Below are positions 1 through 9,136 of a stretch of 64,000 nucleotides of DNA, in pieces. A program made the position numbers and the translations under genes. Source of the stretch: an uncultured Acidobacteriota bacterium (GTDB lineage: Bacteria > Acidobacteriota > Terriglobia > Acidiferrales > UBA7541); assembly GCA_963780035.1 (NCBI GenBank), contig CAWAAG010000024.1:96290-160289 (forward strand), written 5' to 3'. Every line of letters starts with the position of its first letter. Position 1 is the stretch's first letter. Under the pieces are notes generated by a model, which saw only the letters and a program-made list of their open reading frames with translations, searched no databases and was not told the origin of the DNA.

Positions 1-4
1 TCGT

Positions 5-54
5 GGAGTGCGGGAGCTTGCTCCCGCCTGTTGTAAGGCGAGGCTCGCCTCGCC
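5..54. repeat. REP-C bipartite hairpin element (copy 1)
   Basis: ggagtgcgggagcttgctcccgcc + ggcgaggctcgcctcgcc. Near-identical to copies at 19569, 23870 and (interrupted) 12539. Confidence 0.8.
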
Positions 55-126
55 TCGCCGCTGGAAGCGCAAGCACGAACTAAACTGATAACGAAAGTTT
101 TCGTTCGAGCGGTATAGAGGAACTTC

Positions 127-1674
127 TTGCCCGAACAAGCGCAAACAATCGGCGGCATCGCAACAGCCACAAAGCAGCCGGAGCTGGTCAAAGGCCTCGG
201 CCTGTTCGATTCCACCATGATTGTCTGCGGCTCGATGATCGGTTCGGGCATCTTCATCGTTTCCGCGGACATCGCCCACCAGGTCCAAAGCCCCGGCTTG
301 CTGCTTACCGTCTGGGTCGTCGCCGGAGTGATGACCGTAATCGGCGCGCTCAGTTACGGCGAACTCGCCGCGGCCATGCCGCACGCCGGCGGCCAGTACG
401 TCTACCTCCGCGAATCGCTCGGCCCGCTCTGGGGTTTTCTCTACGGCTGGACCATGCTGCTCGTCATCCAGACCGCCACCATCGCCGCCGTCGCCATCGC
501 CTTCGCGAAATTCACAGCCGTGATGGTCCCCTGGTTCTCCGCCACCCAATGGATTTGGAAACTGGGCACCGTGGGTCCCTGGCAATTCTGGTTCGGCTCA
601 CTCGGCCCCTACAACGTCGGCCTGAACCGCCAGAACCTGCTCGCAATCGCCTCGATCGTCCTACTCACCTGGATCAATACCCGCGGCCTGCGCATCGGCA
701 AAATCGTCCAAAACATTTTCACGGTAGCCAAGGTCGGCTCGCTGGTAGGACTGGTGGGAGTCGGATTTTGGTTCTCGACCTCCATCGCGCGCAAGATCAA
801 CTTCACGGCTTTTTGGCGCAATGCCGGTCTGTGGGTGATGCATCCATATCCGACTGACCATCCTGCTTGGACCATTGGCACCATCAGCTTGGTTGCGGTT
901 GCCATGGTGGGCGCTTTGTTTTCCGCCGACGCCTGGAACAACATCACCTTCACCGCCGCCGAAGTAAAAAATCCCAGCCGCAATCTTCCGCTTTCGCTCG
1001 CACTCGGCGCCGGCACGGTGATCATCCTTTATACTCTCGCGAATCTGGCCTATCTGCGCGTGCTTCCCATCTCAGGGGATCCCCACGGCGCCACAGCTCT
1101 GGCGCGCGGAATCGAATTCGCCTCCGACGGCCGCGTCGGCACCGCCGCTGCGGAAGTAATCTTCGGACCCGCCGGCGCGATTGTGATGGCCATAGCCATC
1201 CTGGTCTCCGGCTTTGGCTGCAACAACGGCCTGATTCTCTCCGGCGCGCGCATTTACTACGCCATGTCCAAAGACCGCCTCTTTTTCAAATCCGTCGGCA
1301 AAGTAAACAAATTCCACGCGCCCGGCGCGGCCCTGGTCGTCCAGTGTATTTGGGCCGCGATTCTCTGCCTCTCCGGCACCTACAGCCAGTTGCTCGATTT
1401 CCTGATTTTTGCCGTCCTTATTTTTTATATCCTCACTCTCAGCGGCCTTTTCATCCTGCGCTGGAAACGCCCGGACATGGAGCGCCCCTATAAAGCCTTC
1501 GGCTACCCGTTCCTTCCAGCTCTCTATCTGGTGATGGCCGTATTCATCGAAATTCAGCTTTTGCGCTACAAGCCGCAGTACACTTGGCCCGGCCTGATCA
1601 TCGTGTTGCTCGGCGTTCCGGTATATTTGCTGTGGAAACAAGCAGGGAAGTCGCACCAAGCGCAGGGTTCGTAG
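127..1674 (+). CDS. APC-superfamily amino acid permease
   Basis: 515-aa ORF, hydrophobic throughout with multiple TM spans. Motifs GSMIGSGIF and AAEVKNPSRNLP are typical of amino acid/polyamine/organocation permeases. Start taken from the ORF track (TTG) and not verified. Confidence 0.85.
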   Translation: MPEQAQTIGGIATATKQPELVKGLGLFDSTMIVCGSMIGSGIFIVSADIAHQVQSPGLLLTVWVVAGVMTVIGALSYGELAAAMPHAGGQYVYLRESLGPLWGFLYGWTMLLVIQTATIAAVAIAFAKFTAVMVPWFSATQWIWKLGTVGPWQFWFGSLGPYNVGLNRQNLLAIASIVLLTWINTRGLRIGKIVQNIFTVAKVGSLVGLVGVGFWFSTSIARKINFTAFWRNAGLWVMHPYPTDHPAWTIGTISLVAVAMVGALFSADAWNNITFTAAEVKNPSRNLPLSLALGAGTVIILYTLANLAYLRVLPISGDPHGATALARGIEFASDGRVGTAAAEVIFGPAGAIVMAIAILVSGFGCNNGLILSGARIYYAMSKDRLFFKSVGKVNKFHAPGAALVVQCIWAAILCLSGTYSQLLDFLIFAVLIFYILTLSGLFILRWKRPDMERPYKAFGYPFLPALYLVMAVFIEIQLLRYKPQYTWPGLIIVLLGVPVYLLWKQAGKSHQAQGS

Positions 1675-1694
1675 GGGCACGGCATGCCGTGCCC
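1675..1694. repeat. Perfect 20-nt palindrome gggcacggcatgccgtgccc (REP-A-like leader 'gtagggg')
   Basis: Starts immediately after the permease stop codon. Shares the cgtagggGC... leader with the REP-A copies. Confidence 0.8.
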
Positions 1695-1761
1695 GCCGCG
1701 CGATACGCCGCTGCAACGGTTCTCGCAACGCGCGTGTTTCGCGGGCGCTCCGAATTTGACT

Positions 1762-1800
1762 TTGTAGCGGCGCACTTCAGTGCGCCATCGGTGTCGCGGC
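1762..1800. repeat. REP-B hairpin element (copy 1)
   Basis: ttgtagcggcgcacttcagtgcgccatcggtgtcgcggc, with stem ggcgcac/gtgcgcc. Related copies at 16723, 26869 and 51798. Confidence 0.85.
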
Positions 1801-1874
1801 AAATTCACGAATGTGGTACTTTCCTCGGTCCGTACGGGGGCGCACCGGTGCCGGGTATTTGAAATATTTTGCTC

Positions 1875-1906
1875 TTATCTGTGTTCATCCGTGTTCATCA
1901 GTGGTG
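1875..1906. repeat. Short tandem motif gtgttcatc(c/a)g x2
   Basis: ttatctgtgttcatccgtgttcatcagtggtg, in the intergenic region upstream of the second permease. Confidence 0.6.
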
Positions 1907-1953
1907 ATGTTGATTTAGCATCGCGCCCGTCAACTTGAAGGAGACCATCGCGC

Positions 1954-3552
1954 ATGGGCAATCCGCTGTTCAAGAAAAAGCCAATGGATTGGCTGTTGAA
2001 CGAAGCGAAAGCCACCGGCGAGCACACTCTAAAACGCACCCTCGGCCCGGTCTCGCTCACGGCTCTCGGCGTCGGCGCGGTCATCGGTGCGGGCATCTTC
2101 GTGCTCTCCGGACTCGGCGCTCATTATGCCGGCCCGGGCTTGATGATCTCCTTCGTCATCTCAGGATTGGGCTGCGCCTTCGCGGGACTTTGCTACGCTG
2201 AATTCGCGGCCCTGATTCCACTCGCGGGCAGCGCTTACACCTACGCGTACGCCGCTCTGGGCGAATTGGTCGCCTGGATCATCGGCTGGGATCTCACTCT
2301 TGAATACGCCATGGGCGCCAGCACGGTCTCCTCCGGCTGGTCCAATCACTTCATCGAATTTCTCAAGATTTTCAATTTGAAGATGCCGCTATGGCTGGCC
2401 TACGACCATTGGACCGCTCTGGTCACGGCCGAAAACGTGATCGCCCGCCAAATGGCCCACACCTCCAACCCCGGCTTGGTCGAAGGCACCCAGGCCTTCC
2501 TCTTGAAGGTGGGTGACATCATCGCCGCGCAATCTCCTGAGTTGCTCCATCGCGCCCACGACCTCGTCGCCGCTCCCACGCTCTTCGGAGTGGAGATCGG
2601 ATTCAATCTTCCCGCGTTTCTAATCGCTCTGGTCATCACCGCCGTCCTGGTGATCGGTATCAAGGAGAGCGCCAACTTCAACGCCACCATCGTCATTGTG
2701 AAGGTCGGCGTCGTGCTCTTCGTCATTTTGTTAGGCATGCATTACGTGAATCCTGGCAACTGGGGACACAGTTGGTCCACTTTCGCTCCCACCGGATTCG
2801 GAGGCATCGGCAGGGGAGCGGCCTACATATTTTTTGCCTATATCGGTTTCGACGCCGTCTCCACCACTGCCCAGGAAGCCAAAAATCCTCAGCGCGACCT
2901 GCCCATCGGCATCATTGCCTCCCTGATTTTGTGTACGATCCTTTACATCCTGGTGGCAGCCGTCCTTACTGGCATGGTGCCGTGGAAGGAAATCAATATT
3001 GAGGCCCCGCTCTCCGTCGCCTTTCTGGATCGCGGCTTGACCAAGGCTTCCTACCTGATTACCGCCGGGGCTCTCGCCGGACTCACCAGCGTGATGCTCG
3101 TCATGCTTCTCGGTCAGACCCGCGTGCTGTATTCCATGGCCAACGACGGCCTGCTCCCCCGCAAATTCTTCGCGGCCATCCATCCCAAATTTCGCACCCC
3201 CTACAAGAACACCATTCTCGTCGGCCTCATCGCGGCCATCGTCGGCAGCATCACTCCGATTTCCATCATCGGAGAGATGGTGAATATCGGCACGATCTTC
3301 GCCTTCATCATTGTCTGCCTCTCCATCATCGTCCTGCGCAAAACGAACCCCGGCCAGCCGCGCCCGTTCCGCACGCCGTGGGTTCCGTTCGTTCCCATTC
3401 TCGGAATTCTCTTCAATGGTTATATGATGTATAAGCTCGGCTGGATCAATTGGGCGCGCCTGATCATCTGGCTGATCATCGGATTGGTGGTTTATTTCAC
3501 TTACAGTCGCCATCACAGCCGCGTGCAGCAGAACGATCGCAGCGCGCTGTGA
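1954..3552 (+). CDS. Amino acid permease (cationic amino acid transporter-like, APC superfamily)
   Basis: 532-aa polytopic ORF. GAVIGAGIFVLSG and AQEAKNPQRDLP motifs, long extra-membrane loop and C-terminal extra TMs as in CAT-type permeases. A GGAG-like sequence (gaaggag) lies upstream of the ATG. Confidence 0.85.
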   Translation: MGNPLFKKKPMDWLLNEAKATGEHTLKRTLGPVSLTALGVGAVIGAGIFVLSGLGAHYAGPGLMISFVISGLGCAFAGLCYAEFAALIPLAGSAYTYAYAALGELVAWIIGWDLTLEYAMGASTVSSGWSNHFIEFLKIFNLKMPLWLAYDHWTALVTAENVIARQMAHTSNPGLVEGTQAFLLKVGDIIAAQSPELLHRAHDLVAAPTLFGVEIGFNLPAFLIALVITAVLVIGIKESANFNATIVIVKVGVVLFVILLGMHYVNPGNWGHSWSTFAPTGFGGIGRGAAYIFFAYIGFDAVSTTAQEAKNPQRDLPIGIIASLILCTILYILVAAVLTGMVPWKEINIEAPLSVAFLDRGLTKASYLITAGALAGLTSVMLVMLLGQTRVLYSMANDGLLPRKFFAAIHPKFRTPYKNTILVGLIAAIVGSITPISIIGEMVNIGTIFAFIIVCLSIIVLRKTNPGQPRPFRTPWVPFVPILGILFNGYMMYKLGWINWARLIIWLIIGLVVYFTYSRHHSRVQQNDRSAL

Positions 3553-3627
3553 GCCGGGCGCGCTAGGATTTCTTCGCGGCGCGCGTTTTGCCCGGCGAGC
3601 GCGCCGCAAACTCCGGGAATAATTTTC

Positions 3628-5619
3628 GTGAACCGAATTTCTCCTCGCCGGTTATTCGTCTTCCTGCGGCACACCACGCCGCTGGACCGCGTCGCTCTGG
3701 CGGTCATCGTTTTTTACGCTGCATTCCGAGTCGTCGCCCTGTTTCGCGAGGCTTTGCCCCTTTCGGGATTCCTTAGCTTCCTCAGTTTTCTTGCGGCGGT
3801 CTACTTGCTCGTCCGCTTGATTCCTTGGTTCCGCACGAAATTCATGTGGACGCTGCGCAACCGCCTCATCGTCGCCTACGTTTTCATCGCGGTCGTTCCG
3901 GTTATCTTGCTGCTCTGCATGGCGGGCCTCGCGACCTACGGCCTCTACCTGCAACTGGGCGCCCACGTATTCCAAGACGACCTGCACGCTCGGATCAGCA
4001 CCATTTCCGCCGATGCGGACGCCCTCGCCGGCGCTGTCGCGCAGGAAGCGGCCCAAGGCGCCTCTCCCACTAGCGAAGCGATCCTTTCCCGGCCCGGAGT
4101 CGCGGATTTAATCGCGGCGGCCCGCCGCGAATGGCCCGATCTCCGCGTCTTCCCCAATCACGGCGAGCGCCTGGTGCAGGCCGGTGACGGCCACGAATTC
4201 GCCGGCCTGGTCGAATTCGAGGGCAAAATCTGGGTCGCCGCCGCGGTCAAAAAGACCGGGCCTGCCGGACCGTTCTTCCTCGTCGTCGGCACTCCTCTCA
4301 ACGCCGCGTTCCTCGATGGCCTGCATTCCGACGTCGGCCCCATTCAAATTATTCCCCTGCGGCCTACCAACCAACAAACTCCCGCAGGCGCCTCGCTCAG
4401 TTTCAACGGCAAGGTCTTCGTCCCCGGCGAACAGATCGCCAGCCGTCGTCGCACCCTCGGGCCTCCGTCCAACTGGTTTGACCTGCGCATCGGTGGCGTT
4501 TCCACTATCGACTTGGCGCACATCGGCCCGCAAACCGGCAACGCGCCGGACGCCGTCCTCGCCACCTTCGCCATGCGCGCCTCCGCTCTCAATCGCCGCC
4601 TCTTCACTTCCGTCGGCGAGATTGGACCGCTGCTCGAATTAGCCCTGGTCGCCGCCGGCGTGATTTTCCTGGCGTTGGAATTCGCCGCCCTCATTACCGG
4701 CATCGTGCTTACGCGCACGATCACTCGCGCCGTCGGCGATCTCTATGAAGCCACTCTGCACGTCCGCCGCGGCGATTTCACGCGGCGCATTCATGTGCAC
4801 CAGCGCGATCAGCTCGGCGCTCTCGGCGAATCCTTCAACGAAATGACCAGCTCCATCTCCGAGCTGATCGTGGAGCAAAGCAAGCGGCAGAAACTCGAAA
4901 ACGAAATCGCCATCGCCCGCGAAGTTCAGGCGCAACTCTTCCCGCAGGTTTTGCCGGCGTTGCCGGGGCTGGAACTCGCCGCCATCTGCCGCCCCGCGCG
5001 CGTCGTCAGCGGCGACTATTACGATTTCATCCGCACCAGTCAGGACTGCGTGGGCATCGCGCTCGCGGACATCAGCGGGAAGGGAATTTTCGCCGCGCTG
5101 CTCATGGCCAGCTTGCAAGCCGCTCTGCGCAGCCAGGCTTCGCTCGACGGCAAATGCGGGACTGCCGAACTCGTCGCGCGCCTGAATCGCCACGTCTTCC
5201 GCAATACTTCCGACGACCGCTATGCCACATTCTTTTACGCGGATTTCGACGTCTCCACCCGCGTGCTCACGTACACCAACGCCGGCCACCTCGCTCCGTT
5301 TTTCGTATCCGGCGATAAAGTCCAGGAACTCAGCGAGGGCGGCACGGTAATCGGCATGTTCGAGGATTGTCCGTACACTCAAGGCAACATCAAAGTAGAA
5401 CCGGGAAGCCTGCTGGTAGCCTTCAGTGACGGCCTGACGGAACCGGAAAATGTCTACGGCGAAGAATTCGGCATGCAGCGCCTGAAAGAAGAAATCCTCC
5501 GCCAACGCAGCATGCCGCCGCAGCGCATCGCGGAAAATCTGATAGCTGCAGCGGAACAGTGGGCCGGCACGCCCGAGCAAGCCGACGACATAACCGTGGT
5601 AATCGCCCGCATGGGCTAA
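3628..5619 (+). CDS. Membrane sensor PP2C-type phosphatase (TM sensor region + HAMP + SpoIIE/RsbU domain)
   Basis: 663 aa. Two N-terminal TM regions flank a ~260-aa extracytoplasmic segment. HAMP-like linker (TRAVGDLYEAT...FNEMTSSI). C-terminal PP2C motifs SGDYYD, ADISGKG, TNAGH, FSDGLTE and DDITVV. Confidence 0.8.
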   Translation: MNRISPRRLFVFLRHTTPLDRVALAVIVFYAAFRVVALFREALPLSGFLSFLSFLAAVYLLVRLIPWFRTKFMWTLRNRLIVAYVFIAVVPVILLLCMAGLATYGLYLQLGAHVFQDDLHARISTISADADALAGAVAQEAAQGASPTSEAILSRPGVADLIAAARREWPDLRVFPNHGERLVQAGDGHEFAGLVEFEGKIWVAAAVKKTGPAGPFFLVVGTPLNAAFLDGLHSDVGPIQIIPLRPTNQQTPAGASLSFNGKVFVPGEQIASRRRTLGPPSNWFDLRIGGVSTIDLAHIGPQTGNAPDAVLATFAMRASALNRRLFTSVGEIGPLLELALVAAGVIFLALEFAALITGIVLTRTITRAVGDLYEATLHVRRGDFTRRIHVHQRDQLGALGESFNEMTSSISELIVEQSKRQKLENEIAIAREVQAQLFPQVLPALPGLELAAICRPARVVSGDYYDFIRTSQDCVGIALADISGKGIFAALLMASLQAALRSQASLDGKCGTAELVARLNRHVFRNTSDDRYATFFYADFDVSTRVLTYTNAGHLAPFFVSGDKVQELSEGGTVIGMFEDCPYTQGNIKVEPGSLLVAFSDGLTEPENVYGEEFGMQRLKEEILRQRSMPPQRIAENLIAAAEQWAGTPEQADDITVVIARMG

Positions 5620-5630
5620 CCAGCAGTACC

Positions 5631-5647
5631 GCCGGCGTCCCGCCGGC
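5631..5647. repeat. REP-L hairpin gccggcg-tcc-cgccggc (copy 1)
   Basis: 12 nt after the phosphatase stop. Same element with flanks agta(c/g)c...tc at 16685-16701. No T-tract, so not a clear intrinsic terminator. Confidence 0.65.
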
Positions 5648-5858
5648 TCGCAGCACTTATGTGCAAGGACCAAAATCAACCGCTGCCGGGTCTGCAAAAA
5701 ATCGTCCAGCCGCCTCTGCGAATAGCTTTGCGATCTATCTACCGTGGAGGGAGCGATTGTAGTGGCCCGGCCGGTGTCGCCACGCGCGGCATCGTAGCCG
5801 CGCAGCGGTCCCAATGCCCATTTTCGCCCGATGATTTAGATCCGGCGAACCGCAAAAA

Positions 5859-7247
5859 CTACGTGCGCTTGATAACGACGGCAGTCAGGTCATCCTGCTG
5901 TTTGGTGCCGCCTGAAAATTCAATGACGGCTTTGTAAAGCGTGGAGATAATCTCACGCGAAGATTTGTCCCGCGCCGAGCGGACAGTTTCCTGCAACCGC
6001 TTCGTGCCGAATTGCTCGTCTTGGGCGTTGGCCCATTCAAAGAATCCGTCGGTCGCCAGCACCAGCAAGTCACCCGGATTGAGTTCCAGATTCAACGGCG
6101 GCTCCGAAATCAAAACGGGTGAAATGCCTAAGGGTAATCCCTGCGCGTCCATCGCGTCGAAGCTATCTTCTTTCAATAAATAAAGGAATAACGGCCCGTG
6201 TCCGGCGGAAAGCAGCTCCACGCGTGAACTATTGGGACCACAAACGGCCGCGACGAACGTCACAAAACGCCCTTCCATGAGGTCCGCGGAAAGCGCAGCG
6301 TTGATTCGTTCCATCGCGATCAGCAATTCGTTCTCGCCGGTAAAGTTAGCTCTCTCATAGGCTCGGCAGATGACCGCCAGCAAAGCGCTCGGAATGCCGT
6401 GGCCGGTGACGTCCGCCAGGACCACCAACACCCTGCCATCCGGGAGCAGCTGCCAATCGTAATAATCTCCTCCGGTTTGATCTGCCGGTTGATTCCATCC
6501 GGCAATATCAAAACCAGCGATCTCTGGCATGGAACTGGGGAGCAGAGATTGCTGGATGGAGCGAGCCACTTCCAGATCGTGTTCCAATTTATCCACCTGC
6601 CGCTGCAATTCTGCCTCACGGAGAGCTGCTTCCACTTGTTTCCGGATTTCACGGGCCACCGCCCCGGCTACCACGCCGGCGACAACCATCGTGAGGGCAT
6701 AGCTGAACACCGTCTTCTGGGGTGAAAGCAGGGACGCCCCTCCACCAAGAGTTGGTTTCCAGCCAAGATACATTGCCGCCGCCAGGTAACTTACTGCCGC
6801 CACGATTCCCGAGAGCGCGCTGGCGGCCGGATTCAGGCGCAACGTCGAAAGGATGATAAACACGAAAAATATGAGCACGGCCGGATTGGCCAGCGCCCTA
6901 TAGGCGGGGTCAATGGAAGCACTCGTAACAAACGCAACCGCTAAGGCTGGCAGGGACGTTTCCACCAGGACATTGATGATCCAGGTCAGTTTTGCAATAT
7001 CCCCGCTGGCCGCGATCGCGCGTTGCACCGCGCGCAACATCCAGCACTCATATCCGACGAACAACGCCAGGACCAGGGAACTGAGCATCCACAGCCGAAA
7101 ATCTTCCCGGTTAAAGAGGATGGCAGTCCGAATCGTTCGCAGCGAGAACGCTGCGGCAATGGCGCCGAGCACGATCAGAATGCGCAGACGCTCGCTTTTC
7201 AATAGCGCTTGTTGGAATGCGACGGACTTTTCGCGAAGTTCAGTCAT
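5859..7247 (-). CDS. Polytopic membrane PP2C-type phosphatase (SpoIIE family)
   Basis: 462 aa. About 6 N-terminal TM helices, a coiled linker, then PP2C motifs GGDYYDW, ADVTGHG, SAGHGP, ATDGFFE and DDLTAVV. Convergent with the preceding phosphatase gene. Confidence 0.8.
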   Translation of the reverse strand: MTELREKSVAFQQALLKSERLRILIVLGAIAAAFSLRTIRTAILFNREDFRLWMLSSLVLALFVGYECWMLRAVQRAIAASGDIAKLTWIINVLVETSLPALAVAFVTSASIDPAYRALANPAVLIFFVFIILSTLRLNPAASALSGIVAAVSYLAAAMYLGWKPTLGGGASLLSPQKTVFSYALTMVVAGVVAGAVAREIRKQVEAALREAELQRQVDKLEHDLEVARSIQQSLLPSSMPEIAGFDIAGWNQPADQTGGDYYDWQLLPDGRVLVVLADVTGHGIPSALLAVICRAYERANFTGENELLIAMERINAALSADLMEGRFVTFVAAVCGPNSSRVELLSAGHGPLFLYLLKEDSFDAMDAQGLPLGISPVLISEPPLNLELNPGDLLVLATDGFFEWANAQDEQFGTKRLQETVRSARDKSSREIISTLYKAVIEFSGGTKQQDDLTAVVIKRT

Positions 7248-7425
7248 GATGCTTTGCGCAGGTTGGCAAACTCAATGGTAGTGCAATTGGCCCGTTGAGA
7301 ACGATCGTGGCGATAAACGCGGAAAGACCTGGCGCTTTGGCTGCCGCATGCATGGAGCGTGCCACGTGGCGCACATCTTAGGTCGCGTCGGCAGCATAGT
7401 CAACGGATGCACCGCTCGCTGTCGC

Positions 7426-7468
7426 TGCAAAGTAGAAATGTCCGGATTGTGCAAAGTAGAAATGTCCG
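7426..7468. repeat. Tandem direct repeat, 19-nt unit tgcaaagtagaaatgtccg x2 (24-nt period)
   Basis: Two identical 19-mers at 7426-7444 and 7450-7468, in the 400-bp intergenic region upstream of the membrane PP2C gene. Confidence 0.85.
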
Positions 7469-7656
7469 TTTTCATGCATGACTGAGGTCTCGATCGCGGA
7501 TTCAATATACGCGCGGCAAGACCACATCCGCGAGTGCGGCGGCTCGTTTGTCCCCAGGAACGAAGGGCCGCCGCCTTGCAAAATTAAGATTCAGCGCGAA
7601 CGAAGCTGGCGAGGTGTGCCCGCCATCGCGCACGCACCTCGCCCAAGCGAATAGAA

Positions 7657-8403
7657 TTAGCGGATACCTCCAGTAGCCAGAAGCTGCTCGCCCGTAAGCC
7701 ACCCAGACTCATCCGACGCCAGAAACACCGCAATCGGCGCAATGTCGCTGACCTTGCCAGTGCGTCCCAGCGGCGCCTGCGCAATCAACACCTTCTCGAA
7801 GTCCGATCCGATGAACCCGCCGGTCTGCGTCCCTTCCGTCTCGACCATTCCGGGATTGATCGTATTCACGCGAATTCTCCGCGGCCCCAGTTCCCGCGCC
7901 AGCACCCCGGTGATCGCATCCAGCGCCCCTTTACTCGCCGTGTAAACCGTCGAATTCGCCGGCGTCAAACGGCTGACCCCCGACCCAATGTTGATGATGC
8001 TCCCGCCTTCGCCCATATGCTTCACCGCCGCTTGGGTAGTGAGGATCGCGCCCAGCACGTTCACGTTAAAAATCTTGTGAAAGTTTTCTTCGCTAACCGC
8101 CTCCAGCGGAGCGAACTCGTACAGCCCGGAATTGTTCACCAGTATATCCAGACGTCCGTAGCTCTTGATGGCCGCGTCAATAATGCCCTTCGCCTCGGCC
8201 CCCTTCGACACATCGCCGCCCACCGCCACAGCCTTCCCACCGGCCGCCGTAATCGCGGCAACCACCTTCTCCGCGCCAGTCTTGCTCGAAGCATAATTGA
8301 CCACCACGGACGCGCCTTCCGCCGCAAGCGCCTGCGCGATGCCTGCTCCAATGCCCTTCGATGCTCCGGTAACAACCGCCACTTTTCCAGTAAGCCTGCC
8401 CAT
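7657..8403 (-). CDS. Short-chain dehydrogenase/reductase (SDR, glucose 1-dehydrogenase/FabG-like)
   Basis: Track ORF 7657-8547 trimmed to the ATG at 8403 (MGRLTGKVAVVTGASKGIGAGIA). Rossmann TGxxxGIG, NNSG and YxASK catalytic motifs. Length then is 248 aa, typical for an SDR. Confidence 0.85.
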   Translation of the reverse strand: MGRLTGKVAVVTGASKGIGAGIAQALAAEGASVVVNYASSKTGAEKVVAAITAAGGKAVAVGGDVSKGAEAKGIIDAAIKSYGRLDILVNNSGLYEFAPLEAVSEENFHKIFNVNVLGAILTTQAAVKHMGEGGSIINIGSGVSRLTPANSTVYTASKGALDAITGVLARELGPRRIRVNTINPGMVETEGTQTGGFIGSDFEKVLIAQAPLGRTGKVSDIAPIAVFLASDESGWLTGEQLLATGGIR

Positions 8404-8633
8404 TTTTTCTTTCTCCTCGTTCCGCAGTAGAATCGTATTTAGACAACCATCGAACTCTCGTGTGCCGGGTTGAACCCACAGGTGAACGCGGTCCCAACAT
8501 CGGATGCGCCCGGCCCGCTTTCGATTCCGCGCGCTTGACACCCGCACGCGCGCCGCCGTATCGTGTCAGTCATCCACAGTCGGAAATCCACGTTTTCATC
8601 TCGCCGAAAGATTTCCGATTCGGGAGGTGTGCC

Positions 8634-9068
8634 ATGCCATTCGACCTGCTTACGTTCCGCTTAGTGGAAAAGCCGGTGACCCGCGAGGAAGGCCTGCGCA
8701 TTCTGGAGCGCGATCAATACCGTTGCCAGTATTGCGGCCTGGACGGCCTCGCCAGCTTTGAAAATGCCTTGGCCATGTCGGTTGACTTCGTCATCCCGCG
8801 CGCCCGCAAAGGCAAGAAGGACGACCGCAACCTGGTAGCCTGCTGCCATTCCTGCAACACGCTGAAGGGCCGCCGCGTCTACCGCAATATCGAAGAGGCC
8901 AAGAGCTACGTGCTCGCGCAACGCGAGAAGCTTCGCAAGGCCTGGGAAGCGCGAGCGAACGCGCCCGCGAAGCCCGCGAAAACACAGAAGCCATCGCCAC
9001 CGGCAACGTCCAAGGTGGCCGCGGCCTCCGTAATCGGCCGCTCGCCGCTCTCGATTCGCAATGGCTGA
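8634..9068 (+). CDS. HNH endonuclease-domain protein
   Basis: Track ORF trimmed to the ATG at 8634, preceded by gggagg. CQYCG...(DF)...N(L)VACCHSCNTLKG is an HNH/zinc-finger nuclease motif. Basic Ala/Lys-rich tail. Confidence 0.7.
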   Translation: MPFDLLTFRLVEKPVTREEGLRILERDQYRCQYCGLDGLASFENALAMSVDFVIPRARKGKKDDRNLVACCHSCNTLKGRRVYRNIEEAKSYVLAQREKLRKAWEARANAPAKPAKTQKPSPPATSKVAAASVIGRSPLSIRNG

Positions 9069-9136
9069 TCGGGTGATTATAGGCAGCTACGCGCCGAATT
9101 CCTGGTCATCGCGCTAGGCCGGAGCGCGCCGCTCCA

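Noticed and set aside
1072-1728. Long antisense ORFs opposite well-supported genes. Examples: 1072-1728(-), 2731-3609(-), 4639-5814(-), 17386-18291(+), 18192-19067(+), 24181-25209(+), 25555-26769(+), 38253-39422(+), 41696-42748(-), 47571-48722(+), 50948-51811(-), 54764-55882(-).
   Set aside because: All lie fully inside stronger ORFs on the other strand. They are Arg/Pro/Gly/Ala/His-rich with no motifs. This is the classic shadow-ORF pattern of high-GC DNA.
5631-5647. GC hairpins directly after stop codons (5631, 1675, 16685) as intrinsic terminators.
   Set aside because: None is followed by a U-tract, and the same hairpins recur as dispersed repeats. I therefore list them as repeats and leave a terminator function open.
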